Below, piece after piece: positions 59,664 through 64,000 of a stretch of 64,000 nucleotides of DNA. The DNA comes from Tahibacter harae. Lineage in GTDB: Bacteria > Pseudomonadota > Gammaproteobacteria > Xanthomonadales > Rhodanobacteraceae. Position numbers and translations under genes: made by a program. Numbering within the stretch: the stretch's first letter is position 1; every line of letters starts with the position of its first letter. The notes below the pieces were generated by a model, which was given only the letters and a program-made list of their open reading frames with translations, was not told the origin of the DNA and made no database searches. The DNA is taken from NCBI RefSeq assembly GCF_024437735.1, contig NZ_JANFQO010000014.1, positions 1-64,000 on the forward strand, given 5' to 3'.

Positions 59664-59895
59664 AAAACGCCGCCGGCGGCACGCTGCAAGGTACGCCGCC
59701 GGCGCGGAAACGAGGAGGCTGTGCGCTGCCGCACCAGGGACGCCGCATCTGTCTGCCGGCGCGGCCTGCGCAAGTGAGGCAGGCACGGCCCGGCGCGGTT
59801 GACGAGGCGCGTGCCGGACCCGGCGCAGCGCGCAAGCGCGAAGCGATGTGAGCGGGACAGCGCCGCCGCAGCGCGGGAAGATCGTTTGCCCCGCC

Positions 59896-61191
59896 TCAGC
59901 GGCGCAGACGGAAATCCAGCGTCGCCGCCGCCCCGCCCTGGGGACGCGGGCGCAGCGACACTTTCCAGTCATACAGTTCGCACAGGCGCCGCACGATGGC
60001 CAGACCCAGGCCGGCGCCTTTGCCGGAGGCACCTTCGCCGCGGTAGCCGCGCTGGAACAGGCGCTCGGCATCTTCCAGCTTGATGCCGGGACCGGAATCC
60101 TCGACCACGACTTTTCCGTCGCCGATGCGCACGCGCACCTCGCCGGCAGGCGTGTACTTGAACGCATTGCCGACCAGGTTGGTCAGCGCCACGGCGACGA
60201 CCGAGGACGGCGCGACCACTTCCAGCGGCTCTTCCACGTCCAGCACCACCTCGACCGGCTTGTTCGCCAGGTGGGTGCGGTTGACCTCGATCACCTGCTC
60301 GGCCACGCGCGCCACGTCGGTGGTCTCGCCATCGCTGGGCGCCTCGCGCTGGCGCCGCGACAGCAGCAGCAGGGCTTCGGTGAGTTCGGTGGACTGGCGC
60401 GAGGCGCGCTCGATGCGCTTGAGCCGGTCGCGCACCTTGTCGGTGAGATTGGGCGCGGCCGAGAGCAGCTCGACCGTAGTGGAGATCACCGCCAGCGGCG
60501 TGCGCAGTTCGTGGCTGACGTCGGCGTTGAATTCGCGGTCGCGCTCGACCATTTCGGTCAGGCGGCGGCGGTAGTCGTCCAATGCCGCGGCCAGTTCGCC
60601 GACTTCGTCGTTGGCATAGTGCGAGGCCAGGTCTTCCGCCGGCGCGCCGTTCTTGAACGCGCGCAGGCGTCCGGCCAGGTCGGCCACCGGCCGCATCACT
60701 CGCCGCGCCGACCAGAAGCCGAGCACGAAGGCCAGCAGCGAGAACACGATGACCGCACCGAGCAGGGCGGCGATGAGCTGGCGCTCGCCCAGTTCCTCCT
60801 TGGCCACGTCATAGCGGTAGAAGGCCCACAGATCGGATTCCTTGCGCACGGCCAGCTTGTACGGCCGCTCGCGGCCGTGCTCGTCGGGCTCGCGTATGTC
60901 GTAGACGCCGGTGCCGTATTTCTGCCAGGCAAAGGGCACGTTGGCGAACTTGCGTTCGCTGACGATCAGCGCAGTCACCGGCGAGAACGGGAACTGGGCG
61001 CCCTCCTCCGGGTGCTGGCGCTTGAAGTCGAGGAACTTGTTCACGCCATCCTGCAGCGATGCGTTGATCAGCTGGTCTTCCAGCTTGCCGCGCAGGCCGA
61101 TCACGGCCAGGGCGAACAGCGCGGTCAACGCCATGCCGAACAGGCCGAAGGAAATGACGATGCGACTGCGTAACCGGCGCCGATAGCGCAT
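59896..61191 (-). CDS. Sensor histidine kinase (OmpR-partner type, two TM helices, HAMP, HisKA, HATPase)
   Basis: ATG at 61189-61191 (MRYRRRLRSRIVISFGLFGMALTALFAL...); the ORF-track start is a TTG. H-box SHELRTPLAVI. N/G-box region DSGPGIKLEDAERLFQRGYRGE...GAGLGLAIV. Confidence 0.85.
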   Translation of the reverse strand: MRYRRRLRSRIVISFGLFGMALTALFALAVIGLRGKLEDQLINASLQDGVNKFLDFKRQHPEEGAQFPFSPVTALIVSERKFANVPFAWQKYGTGVYDIREPDEHGRERPYKLAVRKESDLWAFYRYDVAKEELGERQLIAALLGAVIVFSLLAFVLGFWSARRVMRPVADLAGRLRAFKNGAPAEDLASHYANDEVGELAAALDDYRRRLTEMVERDREFNADVSHELRTPLAVISTTVELLSAAPNLTDKVRDRLKRIERASRQSTELTEALLLLSRRQREAPSDGETTDVARVAEQVIEVNRTHLANKPVEVVLDVEEPLEVVAPSSVVAVALTNLVGNAFKYTPAGEVRVRIGDGKVVVEDSGPGIKLEDAERLFQRGYRGEGASGKGAGLGLAIVRRLCELYDWKVSLRPRPQGGAAATLDFRLRR

Positions 61192-61215
61192 GCCCTGACG
61201 GACCACCAAGCCGGA

Positions 61216-61902
<687 letters not shown>

Positions 61903-61992
61903 AGGCCTAGCTTAACGAACTCCGTTTCCGAAAGGGATGCGCCGGGAGGGGCAGGCAGGAGAGGTCGGGGGCCGGAGAGGGCGAGGGAAGGC

Positions 61993-62048
61993 CATAAAAG
62001 ATTGGCCCAAGGAGGTGTCATTGGGGGAACACACCTCACTTGGGCCAA
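61993..62048 (-). terminator. Long nested hairpin followed by a U-run on the minus strand; probable terminator downstream of the M56 protease gene
   Basis: TTGGCCCAAG GAGGTGT cattgggggaac ACACCTC a CTTGGGCCAA, a 17-bp interrupted stem; on the minus strand it is followed by AATCTTTTATGG. Lies within a ~300-bp stretch of lower GC. Confidence 0.5.
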
Positions 62049-62205
62049 ATAGCTACTGCCCCGATTACCGTAGTCTGCTAGTCACGACCTGACCAGGAGT
62101 GTTCGCAGGATTACAGTGGCAGTGATGGTAGGAAGGTCAGGCTTAAATCGCTGTTAAGTGGCCTTGAGGCTGATGTTAAATGGCGAAGACAGCGGCGTAT
62201 CCGGT

Positions 62206-63963
62206 TCAGTCCAGCGCCGCGGCTTCCAGCTCGACCTGGGCGACATCGCCCGGGCGGCGGCAGATACGGGTGCCAGTGACCATGCGGCATTCGTTCGGAT
62301 CCACCCCGTCCTCGGCGAAGCCAGCCTTGCTGCCGGCGCCCTGCAGGGCGAACACGAACAGGCGCGAATAGCGGCGCGAGCCGGCCTCGAAGCTGCCCGG
62401 CACGAAGCGCCACTTCTTCAGCGCGGTGACGGCGGCGGTGTCGAACAGGGATTCCGGCGCGTGCTGCTCGACGCGCACGTCGGTCACGCGGCCGTCCTCA
62501 TCCAGGCTGTAGGACAGGCGCACCGTACCCTCGACGCCGCGCAGCAGGGCGCGCTCGGGATAGGCCGGCTGCACGGCGTGGGCGGCGATGGGATCGCGCA
62601 GGGTGATCTTCTCGGCGACCGGCGCGGTTGCGGCCGGCGCAGGCTCGGCCGCGGCGGTTTCGGCGGCGGCCGGCGCGGGTGCTGCGACGGCGGCCTCGAC
62701 CGGGACCGGCGCGGCGGCTTCCGGCGCCAGCTTCAGCGCCGGCACCTGCGGTGCGGCGGCACTGGCCAGCGGCACGGCTTCGACCGGCGCAGCTGCGACA
62801 GGCGCCGGCGCCGGTTCGGCCAGCTGCGGCAGCCGCGGCAGGCGCAGGGTGCGGCCGGCGGTCATGTCGTTCACCGCCAGCGGGCTGACCTGGACCGGCG
62901 CGGCTTCGCGCAGCAGCAGTTCACGCAGGGGCTGCGGCGCCAGCAGGGCCAGCATGGTGGAATTTTCCCAGGCCGCGCGCTGGGCGTAGCCGAGCACGAT
63001 CACGGCCAGGCTCACCGCCAGCAGCGGCAGCAGGCGCAGCGGGGCGCGCAGGTCCAGCCGGGTCGGCGGCACCTTGGCGATGTGCTGCACACGCTCCAGC
63101 AGCACGCCGCCGGTGGCCGACAGGGCCAGCGCGCCGGGGCCGTCCAGGCGCAGTTGCTCCAGGTCGGCCAGGGTGGCGACGTAGTCGCGCGGATTGGCCT
63201 TGCTCATGCGCAGGACCAGTTCGTCGCAGCAGATCTCGCGCTGGTCGCGCAGATCGCGCGAAATCCAGTGCACCACCGGGTGATAGAACAGCACCGTCTC
63301 GGCCACGACCTGGACCAGGTTGACGATATGGTCCCAGCGCCGCAGATGGCCCAGCTCATGCGCCAGGATCAGCTCGATCTGCGCGGCCGGGAAGCCCAGC
63401 GCCACGGCGGCGGGCAGCAGGATGACGGGACGGATCCAGCCGACCAGGGTCGGCGTCTCCACCTTGGCCGAATACAGCAGGCCGACCCGGCCCAGGCCGA
63501 ACTGGGCGCAGAGCGCACGCAGGCGCTGATCCCATTCCGGCAGCGGCGTGCCGCGGCGGATCAGGCGGCTCAGGCCGTGCCAGTGCAGCAGGGCGCGCAG
63601 GCTGAGTACCGCGACGCCGGCGCCCCAGCAGGCGACCAGCCAGGGCAGGTAATCCATCCACGGCTGCAGCACGCCCTGCTGCAGCGCGTACACCGGCGCC
63701 GCGGAACCCTGCGCCGCCACGGCCAGGCCGGCAGCGGCCGGCGCGGCCGTATCGGCCAGCAGCAGCCAGGCGGTAATCAGCGGTGCGGCGATCAGCGCCG
63801 CGAAACAGGTCAGGCCCAGCACATAGCGCGGCTGGCCGCCGGCAAGCACCCGCCGCAGCAGGCCGAACACCGCGCCGACCAGGGCGCCCTGCCAGAGAAA
63901 ATGCAGCAATACCAGGCCGATAAGCTGCAGCACGGACGCCATTCCCCCGAAGGCGGCGTCCAT
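62206..63963 (-). CDS. BlaR1/MecR1-type M56 peptidase fused to a C-terminal TonB-like domain
   Basis: ATG at 63961-63963. Four N-terminal TM helices. Zinc motif HELGHLRRWDH. An Ala/Pro-rich linker. C-terminal TonB_C-like domain (AYPERALLRGVEGTVRLSYSLDEDGRVTDVRVEQ). Confidence 0.85.
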   Translation of the reverse strand: MDAAFGGMASVLQLIGLVLLHFLWQGALVGAVFGLLRRVLAGGQPRYVLGLTCFAALIAAPLITAWLLLADTAAPAAAGLAVAAQGSAAPVYALQQGVLQPWMDYLPWLVACWGAGVAVLSLRALLHWHGLSRLIRRGTPLPEWDQRLRALCAQFGLGRVGLLYSAKVETPTLVGWIRPVILLPAAVALGFPAAQIELILAHELGHLRRWDHIVNLVQVVAETVLFYHPVVHWISRDLRDQREICCDELVLRMSKANPRDYVATLADLEQLRLDGPGALALSATGGVLLERVQHIAKVPPTRLDLRAPLRLLPLLAVSLAVIVLGYAQRAAWENSTMLALLAPQPLRELLLREAAPVQVSPLAVNDMTAGRTLRLPRLPQLAEPAPAPVAAAPVEAVPLASAAAPQVPALKLAPEAAAPVPVEAAVAAPAPAAAETAAAEPAPAATAPVAEKITLRDPIAAHAVQPAYPERALLRGVEGTVRLSYSLDEDGRVTDVRVEQHAPESLFDTAAVTALKKWRFVPGSFEAGSRRYSRLFVFALQGAGSKAGFAEDGVDPNECRMVTGTRICRRPGDVAQVELEAAALD

Positions 63964-64000
63964 TACTTCGACTCCCGATCCAGCCGGTTCAGCAGCTGGC
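63963..64000 (-). CDS. 3' end (C-terminus) of a probable BlaI/MecI/CopY-family repressor; the gene starts beyond the window end
   Basis: Minus-strand frame ending ...QLLNRLDRESK with a TAA that overlaps the protease ATG (TAATG). This is the canonical blaI-blaR1 arrangement. Only 12 codons are visible. Confidence 0.4.
   Translation of the reverse strand, partial: QLLNRLDRESK

Noticed and set aside
61903-62205. Low-GC 300-bp region considered as an SRP/6S/tmRNA-type ncRNA
   Set aside because: No match to the conserved SRP domain IV, 6S or tmRNA motifs by eye. Better explained as a 3' UTR with a terminator hairpin. An sRNA is not excluded.

Overview
High-GC (~70%) proteobacterial chromosomal segment. 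The gene content (many TonB-dependent receptors, an ECF/FecR/TBDR signalling cassette, an adjacent ahcY/metF pair, a BlaR1-like M56 protease fused to a TonB C-terminal domain, Mdp/tail-collar triplets) suggests a Xanthomonadales-like organism; this is inference only. Coding density is high and almost all ATG starts could be confirmed in the printed sequence.

Main content, left to right:
1. A six-gene minus-strand operon at 1.2-10.7 kb: YjfI/YbjN-like protein, PspA/IM30-like coiled-coil protein, a small RHH-like protein, an NfeD/YqiJ-like membrane protein, a flotillin (SPFH), and a giant 1692-aa protein with a MoxR-type AAA+ core.
2. A cell-surface-signalling island: dedicated TonB, ECF sigma, FecR, a FecA-like transducer receptor, a divergent large secreted protein and a PlpD-like patatin.
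3. A fused succinyl-CoA:3-ketoacid CoA transferase.
4. A tightly coupled five-gene cluster at 23.3-28.4 kb that I recall as the NCBIfam STM4011-STM4015 families: an LRR/RNI-like protein, an ATP-grasp protein, an alkaline-phosphatase-superfamily hydrolase, a HemN-like radical SAM protein and a second radical SAM protein. Its function is unknown and it is my top candidate for an undescribed system. A LytS/LytTR two-component pair and a TonB-dependent receptor sit next to it.
5. Two divergent DUF2306-like membrane proteins flanking inverted GGGATTC heptamer microsatellite arrays.
6. A tandem duplication of a secreted 250-aa protein.
7. ahcY and metF, interrupted by a GGDEF diguanylate cyclase and a stand-alone trpF.
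8. A secreted metzincin protease.
9. A minus-strand block carrying a giant (~2780 aa) repeat-rich beta-helix adhesin with near-identical 666-bp internal tandem repeats, then three tandem phage-tail-collar (Mdp-like) paralogs, a Tat-secreted protein and a GNAT acetyltransferase.
10. ilvE, an OmpR-type two-component system, and a BlaR1-like M56 protease with a TonB C-terminal domain plus the start of its BlaI-like repressor at the window edge.

No rRNA, tRNA or CRISPR array was seen. Family names above are recollections of conserved motifs and family descriptions; they were not verified by search.
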